Shown: in pieces, positions 26,271 through 40,582 of the stretch
Numbering within the stretch: position 1 is the first letter of the stretch
Layout of the letters: each line of letters begins with the position of its first letter
NCBI RefSeq assembly: GCF_963853765.1
Contig: NC_088859.1
Span: forward strand, 45,942,001 to 46,006,000
Direction of reading: 5' to 3'
From: Magallana gigas
Taxonomy: Eukaryota
Length of the DNA: 64,000 bases
The notes under the pieces: model-generated
What the model was told of the DNA's origin: nothing
The model's input: the letters and a program-made list of their open reading frames with translations, nothing else
Database searches by the model: none
Made by a program: the position numbers and the translations under genes

Positions 26271-29200
26271 TTCATGTATTCTCTACCTTCTGAGATTTAT
26301 GATACTCGGTTGAGTTCAGTATTTCGTAAGAGTTTAGTTCTTGTAGACTTAAAGTCTGTTTTTTATTTTGCTCTAATAATTTTAAAATTCTACTCTAAAT
26401 TTGTCAAAATATTCCCCCAAATGATTCTTTCCAAATGGATTGAGCAATAATCTAAATAACCCATACTATTTTTGAATTACTTTCGGTGCTGTGACAAACT
26501 GGTCCTTGTTCAATATTTATCGAAGATATAGCGGTGCGGGGACCAGTCAGGGACTGTGATTTTCGTTGCTCGGTGTCGTGTAATGATTCCTTCCGGTCTG
26601 TGATTAATATTGATGTCAGAAAGCATTGAGCACCATGTGCGTGGAGCTAAGACGTTTTCACAATGTCCTCCCCAGACTGAATTCGTGAGGATACCGGCTC
26701 ATGTCTGGATTGATAGTTTCACGATGCAATATAACAAGTTTTTTTGTCACTACATCATAGTATTTTACAAAACTTATTGTGTAAGGTGTAAATTATCAGA
26801 AGAGGTACTGTATAGGGGGTTATTTTTCACCCTTTTCTGCCTGCAAAATTGATTTTAATACGCCCAGTTTTAAATTCACACGCTGACAATGAGGGCATGA
26901 GGACCAAAAATAAAACGGAGGCGAATGTTTGCATATATACAGTAGTTCCTCTTATTAGCTTTGTTGAAAAATGAATAAGATAAAAGAGTTGACTTTAAGA
27001 AACATATCCACACTTTAGTGATAGGTGCAAGACTCTTAGAAATTGTTAGTTCGTCACAGATCATCCAAGACCATACAGAAAATAGAAGATCACTTTTGGA
27101 AGCAAAGAGAGAAGTAGAAATAGCAAACAATTAATTAACTATGGGATGTGTAGATTTGTCTCTTTGTATCGCTCAACCAGAATGATAAATGTTAAGGATA
27201 ATGGGCAATTAAGCAATTCAAACGTATATACAGTTGAAGATATTTACTATTTGTTTTTCAGAAATCGTGGCAAACCATCTCATCAGAAAAAAATCAACCG
27301 CCAGAGTAACACGTGTTTGAAGAATGGATGGCTGCTTTATAAATGACTTAACCACGTGTTCAAGAGAGAACTGTCGCTTTATTCAATTCATTACTCAATT
27401 ATATACAGACAAAAAACTCGGATAATTGGATATACTTTTCAGAGCATCATGCCCGGACTATTTTATAGTCTCTAATATTTCATGTTTTAACACCTGAAAC
27501 AGATTATTTCCTACCAGCTCCCATCGACTTTTTTATCGAACGATCTTGAAATATAAATTCGCATTTTCTCAACCTTTTCACTAACTATATTAGGAAATAC
27601 TTGTTTAATTTTTATTTTTTAAAGAGACATTACAAGTTTTCTTTAGACAAATTAATCTATTGCCAAAGCAGCTTTATAGGTGTTTTACTTCCCCTTCAGC
27701 GTTACCGATTTTCTAATTTCCTTGTTGTATTAAAATAGGACGCAGATCATTATTATTAACAGGATATTTAAAACGGTTAAAGAGTTTCCGAAAGGAGACG
27801 GATTCTGATTAAATTTCTACGCTACATGGCCGTCGTAAAGTTCTGTTAGAGATGCAAGATGTCCATTACGACCTACTTGAGCGCCCAGACTTAAAAGCAA
27901 ATGGTGGTTTACGAACGTTCGTTACCCAATCTGAAACTAAGTCAAGTTACATCAACGTTCGAGATAGATGGCGGTTTTGCTGTTCCATTAATGGGACTGT
28001 CTCGTCCACGCATCCGCTCCAGCCCATTCACGGTTTTATCAACGTTGTTTTGCATATAACGGACAAATTAATGGTAAGACGCCTGCTATGAGCTGTCTTT
28101 CAAAATGTCGGCTTCATTGAGAATATCACAAAACGCACTTAACACAGCTTAGCCGCAAAACAATTAGTCAATATGAGTCTTGAGAATAAGTGAGTATTAA
28201 TTTGAAGACATGAAACATTAAAGATTTTTTTAAAGCAAACAAAATTGTCACGAAAATTGAATAATGGTGTTATATAAATAAGAAATGAACTACCAAGAAT
28301 AGATAATATAAATGGTTGACAAAATGGATGGGAAATGGGCCAAGAAAAGTAAATTTTCTACTGACATTTGTTGCAGGTCTTTGACTTGTATCTAAATAAT
28401 TCATTAAATGACCTGTTATACAAAAAAGAACTACCTAAAGAAATAATCAAAAGCGATAGCAAGGAGGAAAAACCATTCGGTTTGTTATAAATAGAAATCT
28501 CGGAAAATTGTAATATTGGAAAACTTTAATTTATGTATGTGGGAAAGCATTTTCTTAATCAACCAAACAAAAGTAAAAGAACTACCCCCTCCAAACAAAC
28601 AAAAAAAGCACACACACCAAAAAAAAAACCCACCAAAAAAGAAAATTAAATAAAAAAACGCAACTAAACTTACATTAAAACAGGTTTTTTTTTAATTATA
28701 TCTGGAAAGGGGGGGGGGGGGTCACAAGCTCTTGCTTTTCTGTTCTCAATATCAATATTGACTCGCAATTTCAAGACACGAGCTATTTTATATTTTGTTT
28801 CACTTTTTTCTGTCTTATTTTTTTTTGTATATTGACAAAATTACACGAACTTGCTCTTTCAAAAACTAATTCTTGGCGAGATGATCACGATTACTGAGAG
28901 AAGTGTTTAATAAGAGACGAGAAACCCCACATATCTACAGGTATGTCACATCAGTAGTTCACCATGTTTAATATATATCATACATGTATTGTTCAGATAG
29001 AGTTGTGGTTGTTATGTTTAAATATAATTAACTTGGTATCACACTATGATAAAAATATTTCTTTTCAATATTAAACAACATATACAAAATACCAGTCTAT
29101 ATGGAAAAATATGGCTGTTGTCTTGCATCACGTATTTTCAGAAAAATTTTGAAAAACGAGACCGCAATATCATGATAGACCTCACGTAATGCAATAAAGA

Positions 29201-29688
29201 TTTCAGATGTCTGGCAATCCAAGAGGTTTATGCAAATTCCACAACGTAAAATATGACTTCATTGATTAATTTTTACGAGCGCACGATTCATATATTCATA
29301 ATACCGCATGTTTAATCTGATTTAATTGACTCTGGTTGGATGCTGCAGCTTAAACAAAGCTTGACGACACAGTTTACAAATTTTAAATATTACGGATCTA
29401 ACGTTGAAGAAAAAAACTTCAATGAAAGATTCACTCATTTATTCTTATTAAAAGTTTTGGTTTTATTTTCTGATTTTGAAAATTTTCTGATAATTTAATA
29501 AAAAATACCCGAATACATATACTCCTGAAACTAGTAAGATTAATCAGAATTAGGTCCTGGCTTTCATACTGAAATAGAAAATCAAATCGAAAACGTGGAA
29601 ACAATTTAAAAATTGTAAGTTTTACCTTAGCATAAGTACCGGATATATTGTTGTTAAGTTAATAGTATGATAGTATCAACTGACTTAC

Positions 29689-29962
29689 CTAAGAATATAT
29701 TAATCATTGTATTGATTGGCATAACGACCAGTGCGACCAATAGGTCTGCCACGGCGAGGTTCACGATGAAAAAGTTGGTCTTGGTGTGCATCCATCGATG
29801 TCTGACCACGACTGCAATAACAGTAAGGTTTCCCAACAATGCAAACAGAAATATGAGAGAATAAGCCACGGAATACACCACTATAATGTCAATGTCGTGC
29901 TTCAGGTCAGGGAAAGAAATGGAGGTCCCGTTCACAACATCACCACTGGAATTTCTTTCCAT
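29689..29962 (-). CDS. Receptor A exon 1 (N-terminus, TM1, TM2); full protein 373 aa
   Basis: ATG with an in-frame TAA 3 codons upstream; GNLTV in TM1, NLAVADLL in TM2; donor TAG|GTAAGT, phase 1. Confidence 0.9.
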
Positions 29963-31764
29963 TACAGTTTAATCATAAACTCTTTCACTGGTAGATGCTT
30001 TTCACCAAAATAAGTGGTTTGTGTAGGGGGGTTATGGCTAGTGTTCCTGGTTTATCTGTCGGGGGAGTTCGCTCTCTGGAATACGCGCGACTACGGCGTG
30101 TTCCGTCGATTGTGGTCCTAGCGGAGAATATGACGGGCTCTAATGTTTTCGCTGTTCGCCTAACGATCTTTTATTTTGTTCTCGTTACTTGATCCTTATT
30201 GATTGGAGGTGTTCATTTTTAAGAAATATTCCTGCTCACAACTTGGAACATTTAAACGATTCAGTGTAACCTGGCACTTCATTTGGTCCAAAGATTTCTT
30301 TTTTATCAATTAACTCAATTATATGCTCCAAGAATTGGAAAGTTTCTTCTGACGTGACCGTGAGTAGGCTTAATGTGCGCAATAAAAAAAAAGTTTTATA
30401 CAAATTTTATTTGCTGATAAAAATCTAAGAACAACATGGCAAGAGTTCAAGCGTGCATTTCGTCCTGATCTCCCTTTTCTAATGAAAATATTTATTTAAT
30501 TGTCTGCATCCAATTTCTCCCCTTCTACCTGATTAAGTTAGAAGACGATGACATCCTTGAAGCTACGATTTTCTGTAATACAAATCCTGTCATAATTCCC
30601 TACGAGTGGACTAAGGGAAGATGCATACGCGGATGGCGACAGACTATAATTATGTCCAGTGCTTTATGGATGGGTAAATCCGCAAATGACGGCGTGGTCT
30701 CTTAACATCAGCCGCCGTGAGCCAAGTACAGTTTTTCTGTGTGCTGACATGTTGTAATTATCCCCTGTAGAACTGTGGAAATTATCATTTTTTATCGTTT
30801 TCTCAATACTTATGGCCTTGTAATTTTATTTCATTTTTTAGATTTTCTATCCCGATGCTGATCAAAGAAATCATGTGTCAAAAGAGGAATGAGAACCTAG
30901 TTCAAGAAAATGACATGTATAATAAAATTATGGCTACTATCTCGTTTTTATCATTTATTCATCGAAAATATTTTATGAGCGAAATAATTTTTATAACTAT
31001 ACTACACAACAAAACCGAGCTAATTTTGATATGATACTGATTATTACACGTTTGAGGGAAAAATTATTTTTACGCACAACTTCAGATTTATCACTCCTCC
31101 CTACACGTGAAAAACGGAACACCCTTAAATCTCATCTCCTACTGTTTTTATCGGAGAAAAGCATTTTGACAATAGCGAGTTGTTCCAATACATTACGTTC
31201 ATGCGAAAGAATCGGAAACGCATGCGTCAACAACAGATTTGTTTTTTATGGCTATCACTTTGAATATTAATCGAAACGAAAGATTATCTTCTTTATTAGC
31301 GCGTCTCTTATAAGATCTCGCTTGTTTTCTATGACATGTAGTAGAACGGCGTCCAAAAACCAGGGGTCGCTGCGGTCAACGCTTGGCGCGTGTAGGATCC
31401 GTCAGAAATAGAGCGTCGCTGGTTTGTTGTATTATTACCAAAATAACTAGCAGAAACATGCAGAATTAAGTGATCCGAGGGTTGCAATGTGTGCTCAGAC
31501 ATGTCAAAACAAAAAAGCTGAAATAAACCACTTACGTTACGTATACAATGGATACGGTATTACCGTGCTCTCGTAAACAACAGCCATTGAACAGCAAACA
31601 CAACTCAACTGAGTATGAATGTTGAAACAATAGAAAAAGTTGAAATTCATCACTGGAATAGACATTGTAATAATCTTAAGACAGTGAATATAACAATATT
31701 CATAAATACATATAAAACAGAAAGTAAGAAAAGTGACTGCATTTAACTGATTTCAGAAAGAGAA

Positions 31765-32280
31765 AACAAGCCGCCTGGGGAACATGATGACTCGCTTCCT
31801 CACACGTCCATTTGTTTCTTGGTTTAGAGAAGGCACGATTTGTTGAACATAAGTTTCTTAGACTTTACTATTGATAGAACGCTTGTACTCTCACAAATCG
31901 TATACATAAAGGCAATCTTGCTTGGAAACATGAAAGTCTCCTACCTTAAGTGCTGAAATTTAGGGTCACTTAATAGAGATCTGCTACTGTGAAAATATAG
32001 AGAAGCTTTAAGGTTTCATCTCAAGTTTGAGAATGTTGGGCCCTACCGTAAATAAAATATATAGGAAATTTTTTTCACGATCTTGCTTGGAAACATCGAA
32101 GTCTCATACTTAGAGGTTAAAATTTCTCAAGGTCACAAGCCAGCAATCAACCACTGCCACTGTGAAAATACGGTGATAGTACCCTCTTTAGTTCGAGAAA
32201 TTCGGACTCTTGTGGAAATACAAAATTTTACTAAAAGAGGGAATGGAACATTTGACCCTAAAACGTCGCAGTCCACTGAC
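31765..32280. mobile_element. Possible decayed Helentron-like element with two ~165-bp units
   Basis: CTTGCTTGGAAACAT...CTGTGAAAATA recurs at 31917 and 32082 (period 165). Confidence 0.35.
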
Positions 32281-35179
32281 AAGTTGTTAAATAATAAGAT
32301 GAAATGTAGGAACATGGAAAAAAACCCAAACAGATATCAAAATTTTAATGTGAATCTCCACCTGCAAAATTCGTTTGCTTGCTGTTGCTTCCGCGCTACG
32401 AGATTTTTTAAAGTACCTAAAAAAGTGCTTTCTGGCTCCAGGGATCTTGGTCCACCTAGTAATGTCTAATTGATTTATGCTTATTTCTTTTTCCTCTCTG
32501 TATAAGACAATGAAATCATCAACAATGAAAGAGGCGTTTTTCTTAAAACATAAATTTTTAAAATTTAAATTGTTCTCATCAAGTATTTAAATTCAGTTTA
32601 ACGAATAAGAACTTTAAGAGTATATTCACATCGAAATAAATTGATCCGTCATTTTTACGATTGTATTGTCAGATAACGAGACTAATTACCATTATTTGAA
32701 GCCACAAGCATGAATGGAATAATATGGGATATCCAATTTGGAGAATTTGAATCGGATATAATAAACTTTTTTGCTGATTAGTTTTCTTAGTAAGGTCCTG
32801 ATGTGTTAGACATCCAACATCTTTAATTATATAGATGGACAAAGCAAGAATGGATTCAGATAGAGATAAAAAGGATACGTGAGGTACTTTGTTTGCCTCC
32901 AGTAGAATAGAAAATATATTGTTTCGATCTGTTTCTTTCTGTGTAAAAACCATTCCATGAAACGTGTCAGTTACAGAAAGTGTCCACCTTCTTCAAACAT
33001 TTCTGATAAATTGGACTAATCTGTCACTTAAGTACAAAGAAGACATTTAGTAAAAATCTAAAACAATTACCACTTCTGTTTCGCCAAAAAGAAATTTTGA
33101 TCGAGTCAACATGTAGGAGTCCTGTTAGGTGCAGGTTTGTTGCTCCCGGTCTGAACAAATTCGGAATTTTTAGACCGGAAGCTACAGACCTGCGTCTAGA
33201 GTACTGTGTTTGGAAGAATATATTTTTGATTAATTTTAATTTTAAAAGTTGTTATTTTTTTGCTTATGGTTTATCATAAAATTATAATACCTGCATGGAA
33301 AACATTCTTTTTATTTTTGATTATCATCAACCAAATGATATAACTTTTCGGACCTTTTGAATACGGAAAATTGCACAAACAAATCAAGTCAAACATATCA
33401 TAAAGCAGCATACAAGCATTCTGTCTTGAAAAGGATTCTTCCAAATTTGTAAATTGTGAAAATTTATATGTGAATACTTCGGACCTGTCATGTAATTACT
33501 GTGCAATTAGCATGAACTGGGCGAAGTCGTGGGCGTCTTTACAATGTGCGCACACATTATTCAGTTGTATTCCATGTCAGTAACCTTTACATTATTATCT
33601 TGGGATTAACGCTGCTGTATCGCTATATTATGAATCAAATATATATTAAACATTGTAAGCATACCGTTGTTTTTTTCAATTCTTAATGATTATATGCATC
33701 TCTTCATCACCTCAGTGCACTTACAATAACACACTGGATAGTCTGTTCATAACCACACAATGCTGACTATTTAGGAATAGGGGTCAATTGTAATGACAAC
33801 TAAATCTAATGGGACTCTTTTACCCTCGTCTAGTTTTCAGAAATACATATTCTGTAATGCACCGTCTTTGTTCCCGCACCCACTCCAATCCCAACAAGTT
33901 TTCATAAAGCATCAATTTCAATCAAGGGGAACAACAATCAGATACAGTTATTTTACCCCTGTGTTGAGAAAAACTTATAAACATGATAATGAAAATCAAG
34001 GCTTTAGATTAATAGTTCCAAAAGCCCCCTCGTCCGGACATAAAATTCTGAGCTTCCGCTCGCTAGCATAACACGTGATGTGTAGCACATTTATTTAACA
34101 AAATGTATTGGGTTTGATTATCTCTCCGTTTTTAATGGCAATTGAAATGAATGTGACCACATTGCAAAGAGCAAGACCAATCTCAGGCTGACACGCCATT
34201 TCTGAAATGAACATAAAATAAAAAATTTGCGATTTTATTTTATTCTGTTGGCAGTGGTCAACGAAATGAGAAGATGAAGAGGTGATGAGCCTGAAAACTA
34301 CGTTTGATTCCTGTAACAGAGGAAGTGGAGCACAATGAAGTTTTAAATGTAGGGATTGGTTTTCAGAAAGAGCTGGTGGGTGGGAAGGGTTTAAATGTGG
34401 GAGTGGGAGCAAAACCGTCATGCGACTTGGGGGCTTTATAGTATTTTGGAAATGGAAGTGGGATTTAAACATCTTAATAGTTAATAAGAAACACATCCTA
34501 TGCTTTACATGTCTGCCTGCTGCACAATTAGAAACCATCTTTCCCATACGGAGGCCAAAATAACGAATTGTCTGTTGTCCTGTAAGCAAGCGGTAAACCA
34601 GGGTAGTGACCCTAAATACCCAGCATTCTTTAGTATAATAAGGGATTACTTAGATAGATAATTTGAAGTATTTCTTGACATCTCAATTGGTCAAGAAAAA
34701 TAAACCTGAAACAAGGGCACCGCAAAGCGGAGCATCCCCTCGCGAAATGAAAACATTGTGCGGGGAAATGCATTATTCAGAAATAAACACTCATGTAATT
34801 GAAGAGACCAAATATTGAACTTGTTAAAAAACATTTGATTTAAAATATTTCGTTTATTCCTATCCCCAGCACGCTCTGTGTGTATCCATGGGGGATAGGT
34901 GCATTTACGTGGTTGTACAATTGCTCCCATTACTAGGGAAAACACACCACAAACGTGTTGAATTTTAGTAATATAGTTTAATAAATTCTCTTTATCCAGT
35001 GACATACATGACGCATGTAGACAATTAGTGTAGGCAAATTTAAGTTTCATATTGAAAAGGAAACGTAGCTAAGATCTGGCGATTTATAGTCTGCTTTACG
35101 AGAAAATTCGAGTTAACATGTAATTTTAAACCCAATATTTTAAAAAGAGTAACATATATGTACATGTATGTATCTTCAG

Positions 35180-35725
35180 CGATTAAAATGAAATGAATTC
35201 CCGGTTAATCATGTTGACGATAATTGTCAAAGTCTCTTCTGAAATTATGAACCTGTTCTTCTCTAAGTAATTCGTTAAATATAGCCCGAAATACGGCCCA
35301 GACGGCTGCTTGTTTCGATTAAATAAGGGTGAACTTAATCTCCTGCTTGCTCAGTTTTTCACTTTGGACATCCTTTCAACTCCCCATATCTCAAAAATGT
35401 TTGCCTTTTACCTTTACAGGGCTTACATCCAACAAAATATCAAGTTGTTGATTTGAAATGTTTACTTTCACGAACCGGAAGTCGTACATAACATTTCTTA
35501 GTGTTGTAATTTTAACGATATCTTAAAAACTTTATAACGAAATTCCTTGAAAATAAATAGGGGTTGTCCTTTAAATATGCTTATGAAGTTTGATACACAT
35601 GCATGGAAGGGTTTTCTTTAAATTTTGCTAAAAAGGCTGAAAAAGACACACACACATACATACACACACACGCACAGCAGCGATGCTATATCCCCCTCGA
35701 AACAAGTTGCGTGAGGGGATAATAA
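35180..35725 (+). mobile_element. 3' part of a non-autonomous Helentron/pearl-like element
   Basis: (AC/ACAT)n microsatellite at 35646-35674, then terminal hairpin ATCCCCCTC...GAGGGGAT (35690-35720); left boundary uncertain. Confidence 0.5.
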
Positions 35726-35737
35726 CAAGACTGTCAA

Positions 35738-37039
35738 AACTAGAGACCCATGGGCTACATCGCTTACCCCAACAACAGTTCTCGTATCATTCTATTTTAA
35801 AATATTGTAAAACACTCATATAATCAAAGAATTGTCAATAAAATGAGATACACAAAAATAAGCCTTATATTTAAGACATCATACCCTAAGATCTAAGATG
35901 CGTAAACCGACTGACCAATCTTATTTTTCTAGCCCTCAACGTTTTAAAGAATATACAATTGTGGTATTAACTATATAATAAACAATTCTAAAAAGTGAAA
36001 GAACGTCACTGTGACTTTAATATAAGGATATGAAGATATAAAGATGCTTACAAAGTAAAATAACTAAACGTAGCATTGCATTTCTTAAGAAAAATGTTTT
36101 TAAACATTTTCCCTAATATATACCTGTGTTGAAATTTGAACCCATCTTGGGGCCCCAGTATTGGTCTAGGGGTCATGGTTTCATCAATTTAAAATTCATA
36201 TTATTTTAGAATGTACCATGAATATTAATTCACAAATTGTAGCAATGTAGTTCTTGGGAAGATATTAAAAACACATTTCCTATATGTTTCAACGTTGAAC
36301 TTTGAACCCTCTCGGGACTTGAGTATTGGTTGGGGGTCACGTTTTTAATAATTTAGAATCTAGAATATCTTAGGATGCTTGCATAGTAATATCACAAATT
36401 GTAGCAATAAAGTTCTTGGGAAATTTAAAAAAAAAACATTTTCCTTACATACCTCTGTTATACTTTGAACCCCTCTTTGAGCCCCAATTTTGATCCGGGG
36501 GGTCACGGTTTTAACAATTTATAATCTACAATACTTGAGTATGCTTGCATAGTAATATCACAAACGTAGCATTTACTTTTTGAGAAGATTTTTAAATATT
36601 GCCCCTATATATTTCGATGTTAAACTTTGAATTGGTACCCAGTTTTGGTCCGGGGTCACCAGTTTAACAATTTAGAATCTTCATGTATGCAAACTTTGTT
36701 ATGAATATTGGCATTTCTGGTGCAGTGGTTCTTGAGAAGATAATATACTTCTATTTCGGATTTGAACATATTTTATTATGCAAAATAATATTTACATAAT
36801 AGGATTGGGCAGCAGGCAAAGCCTATTTAAGCCTTCTATACTTCTATTTCGTAATAATGAACCTTTTAAAAAGGGTTTCGCCCCCTTAAAAACAAATTAG
36901 CCTTCCCATAAGGTTGTCTTGCACCAAGTTTGGTTCAATTTGGCCCATTGGTTCAAAGAAAAGATCAAAAATGTGAAAAGTTTACAGAGAGACGGACAAA
37001 CGGACGGACAAAAAGTGATAGGAAAATCCCACTTGAAGC
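35738..37039 (+). mobile_element. Non-autonomous Helentron (HINE-like) element carrying ~4 diverged 162-166-bp satellite monomers
   Basis: 5' box AACTAGAGACCCATGGGCTACATCGCTTACC; TTTGAA anchors at 36135, 36301, 36464, 36626; 3' box with CCAAGTTTGG and a (GACG/GACA) microsatellite. The organisation resembles oyster Cg170-type satellite-bearing Helentrons (recalled from the literature, not searched). Confidence 0.7.
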
Positions 37040-38944
37040 GAAACTATGCAAATTTGAGCAGTTAGAAAAAGTTATTCTCTAAGGTATCCCACTCTTCAAT
37101 GTTCTTGTATCAAAAATTTCATGAAAAGTATATCGTGGAAAACTGTAGACAAAACACACTTAAAAAATACAATGATAATGGGAGGTCAGTGTTCAACCCT
37201 CTTAGTTATGGCCAATTTAATTTGACCTTTTGCACCTAAAATGCGATTTCAGCCTGATTAGGATTTATTGTCAGTTATTTCTTCAAATATATATATATAT
37301 ATATGGCTTCAAAGGCAAAATTGGCTTTTAAAAATTCAGACATTTTATATTTATTTGCATGATTTTATGCTAAACGTGTATCACTATCTCAATATATAAT
37401 TTTGTACATGTCACACAGAGCCTATAGAACATGTCACCAACATATCAAATGTTACAAATGTGAATAATGAATAAAGTATAATAAAAAGAAAAGTATATTG
37501 AAAATTCATAAATTTACTTGTTTCTGTCATTTTTGTCTAAAACCCTTCCGCACAAAAAATAGTTCCCCCTAAAACTTGTTTGTTTCTTGAATTCAAATGG
37601 ATTTTCCTTATGAATATTGTTTATTTATGAAATAATGATCTTTCTTTGATGATCAAATAAATAAAATCATATTCATTTAAAATTTAATGATAATCTGCGC
37701 AATGAAATCAAAACTTGAGGAGTGGGTTACCATAAAGAGAAAGAATAAATCCAGATGACAATAGACAATCGTTAGGAGAAAAACAATAAGCTACAAGCCA
37801 TTGTCAGAATCCGCTAATAACAAAAATAAGATGGTTGTGGGACAAATTAAAGGGGAAACATCGAGTAAGATGTGTCTTTAAATGCATACAAGAAAAGAGA
37901 AATAATGCAAAGAGGTATGTAAGAACGATAAACAGCCGAGTTATTCTCCATTGTCCAACAAAACATCGATGCACATGAAGCACCGATCCATCTTTTTTAG
38001 CCTTTTTATGACAATTTATTGCTTAAAAAAATTTAATGCTATGTTAAATCTTGCCAGACTGAAATCAAATGTACGTGTACACACTCTCATGCGATTTTAA
38101 TGCCGCTTGACTGAATTTGATAAAATATGTACATGTAATTTTTATGTTGGTCTTTCATTTCATTCTCCATATTAGAAAATGGCAAAATGTTATTCAAGTT
38201 CTTTTTCTCGACCTAAATGCTATTTGTTTTTCTGTAAAGTTGTCAAATTCAACGGCATTTTTATAAATGAGTTTCTTTTTTTTTTTAAAAGGAGAACATT
38301 GGTGAAGTACTTATACTCACTTGTTAAATCACGTTTCCAAATAAACGATTTTCGTAAATGTTTCAGTACCAGATTCTATGTAAGATGAATTCAATGAGCT
38401 ATTCATAATTGTCCCAGGACTAGACCCATTTAACTACACATGGTGCATGTTTTTGTACTCTTTAAATTAAACGTTAGGATCCTCAGGAGTAAACATTCAC
38501 TATGAGGCATATATTGGATATCGCATACCTTTGTGAATCTCTTCTAACAAAAATAAAGGAGAAACTGGCAGCAAATCCGAAGTTATTTTACAAAACACTA
38601 CCTAAGATGGTAAACTCGAAAATCTCATCGATGTGGTATTTACAGAACTAAAACACTGTTCTAGTTCGATGAAAATAAGATATTTCTTGTTTAATAAATG
38701 ATGTGATGACTCTGAATTAACAAAACAGTTGCTTTTGTTCAAGAATACATCGTTAGAAAATATGCTCTGTCTATGTTATTATTTCCTATTTCTTAAAAAA
38801 TGTGTCATTTTAATAGTGGCAACTTTCTCTTCATCTCAATAAAACATTTATGACGATTCGGTTGTTGATTTTTATATTGACTTGGAGAGGGCAAGCCATA
38901 TTGAAAACATGTTTCAGAAAGAATTCCGCGAATAATTGGTATAT

Positions 38945-39590
38945 TTTAAGCGGATCCAAGCAATATTAGAAGTGATAGGATTTGGTGTCAGTTCTTCGTA
39001 AAATCCTCAATTTTATATAGGAATCCTAATTGTTTCTTAGTCCAAATAAATCATTGAAACCTCTTTACCTTCTAATGAGGTTTTTAATAATCACATCGTA
39101 TACGAAAACATGACACCCCTTGCCACAGTTACAAGGAAAAAAGGTAAATTGAAAAATCACAGTAGGTTAAAACGGTTACTACCATTGTTTTTCACATATC
39201 CAAGTATAATTTTTTTTAATAGAAAAAATATAAAAATTCGCGAATCAGTTTATATACTTTAAACGGATCCAAGCAATATTTGAAAAGATAGCTTTTAGTT
39301 CTTCGTAAAATCCTCAATTTAAAAAACTAACGTTAATTGATTTAAATAACAGGAAAACGTATACAAAAAATATTGTAAAAATGATAACGCTTGCCTTAAC
39401 TTTTTCAAAATGTGTAGTTGTTTTCCAAATTATGGACATCTCTTAACCTTTTAAAATATTTAAAAATAATCATATCGTATATGAAAACATTACACCCCTT
39501 GCTACGGAAACAAGGGAAAAGAGAAATTGAAAAATTTCAGTGGTTTAAAACGGTTACTACTGTTGGTTTTCCAAATATCCAAGTATCATT
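38945..39590. repeat. Diverged tandem duplication (~270-330-bp units)
   Basis: CGGATCCAAGCAATATT, GTTCTTCGTAAAATCCTCAATTT and AAAACGGTTACTAC each occur twice, colinearly. Confidence 0.7.
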
Positions 39591-40582
39591 CTTTGAGCAA
39601 AACTTTCTGTTCTTATTATTCAACAAGAAAGAAGTATTGTTACTTAATCCGAAAGTAATGTCTATACGTAAATAGTTTGAAAGGTTAATAAACTGATATC
39701 CTCCTTCAAATATATTATTGTAGATTCAAAGTAGTTGGTTACGGTATCAATAAGATTTCATTTAAAAATTACAAATATATTTATTCCTCTTCTTTTTATC
39801 TTGTTGCCTATAAAACGGTTTTCAATTTTCATTGACATGAATTAAAAAAACAATCCTTGATAAATCGTATATGTTCGAAAAGAAGTCTTGAATATAGTGT
39901 AGTAATGATGGTTACAACAATGAAATCTTAAATATTTAAAATTATTCTTATTTCAGCAAAATGTTTTAATTTGTTGCATTTCTTTTCATTTCATCACGGA
40001 TGGCTAAATGTTGCGACCGCATACAGTGCCTGATTCTGGAGTTCCAACGAAAATAAAATGTGTCGGAGTTCCTTACACTGAACCCGTGTGGGTAATGGTG
40101 ATCTGGCGTCAGTTATGTTTTGAGTAGAAGCATTCTTTTCCTTTAAGATTGGTACTGTAGAATCGATATCAAAACCCAAAGTATATATATTATTATTGAT
40201 TTATTTAGTTTTAAAATGTACCTTGTTCTTCGGAAAAGTTACTTGTACCTAATGATGCATCGGTAATTGAATATTAGTTGCTAAAGTAGCAATATGTGTA
40301 TTTAGTTAATCTCTTGCTGGAATTAATTGTGCAAAACAGAGTATCCATTATAGGTAAACATCGAGACTCATCGGGTCAAGATTTCAAAGGACGCAGCTGC
40401 AGTATCTGGTTAGCGAATTAGCCTATTTTCAGATGAGAGAAGTTAACGCCTTTGGAAAAGACGGTTAATTTTTTTTTCATCTAAAGGGCTCCAAATAAGC
40501 TCCTTTGAGACTTTAAACAATGGTAATAGATCTATGTATATCGAGGGAGTGGGATAGTAATAATTATATTCAGGCTATAACG

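Noticed and set aside
30538-30705. 55-codon plus-strand open frame (LEDDDILEATIF...)
   Set aside because: No early start codon, no convincing splice sites and no recognisable domain.
34095-34589. 164-aa minus-strand ORF
   Set aside because: Non-ATG start, no domain, no coherent exon boundaries.
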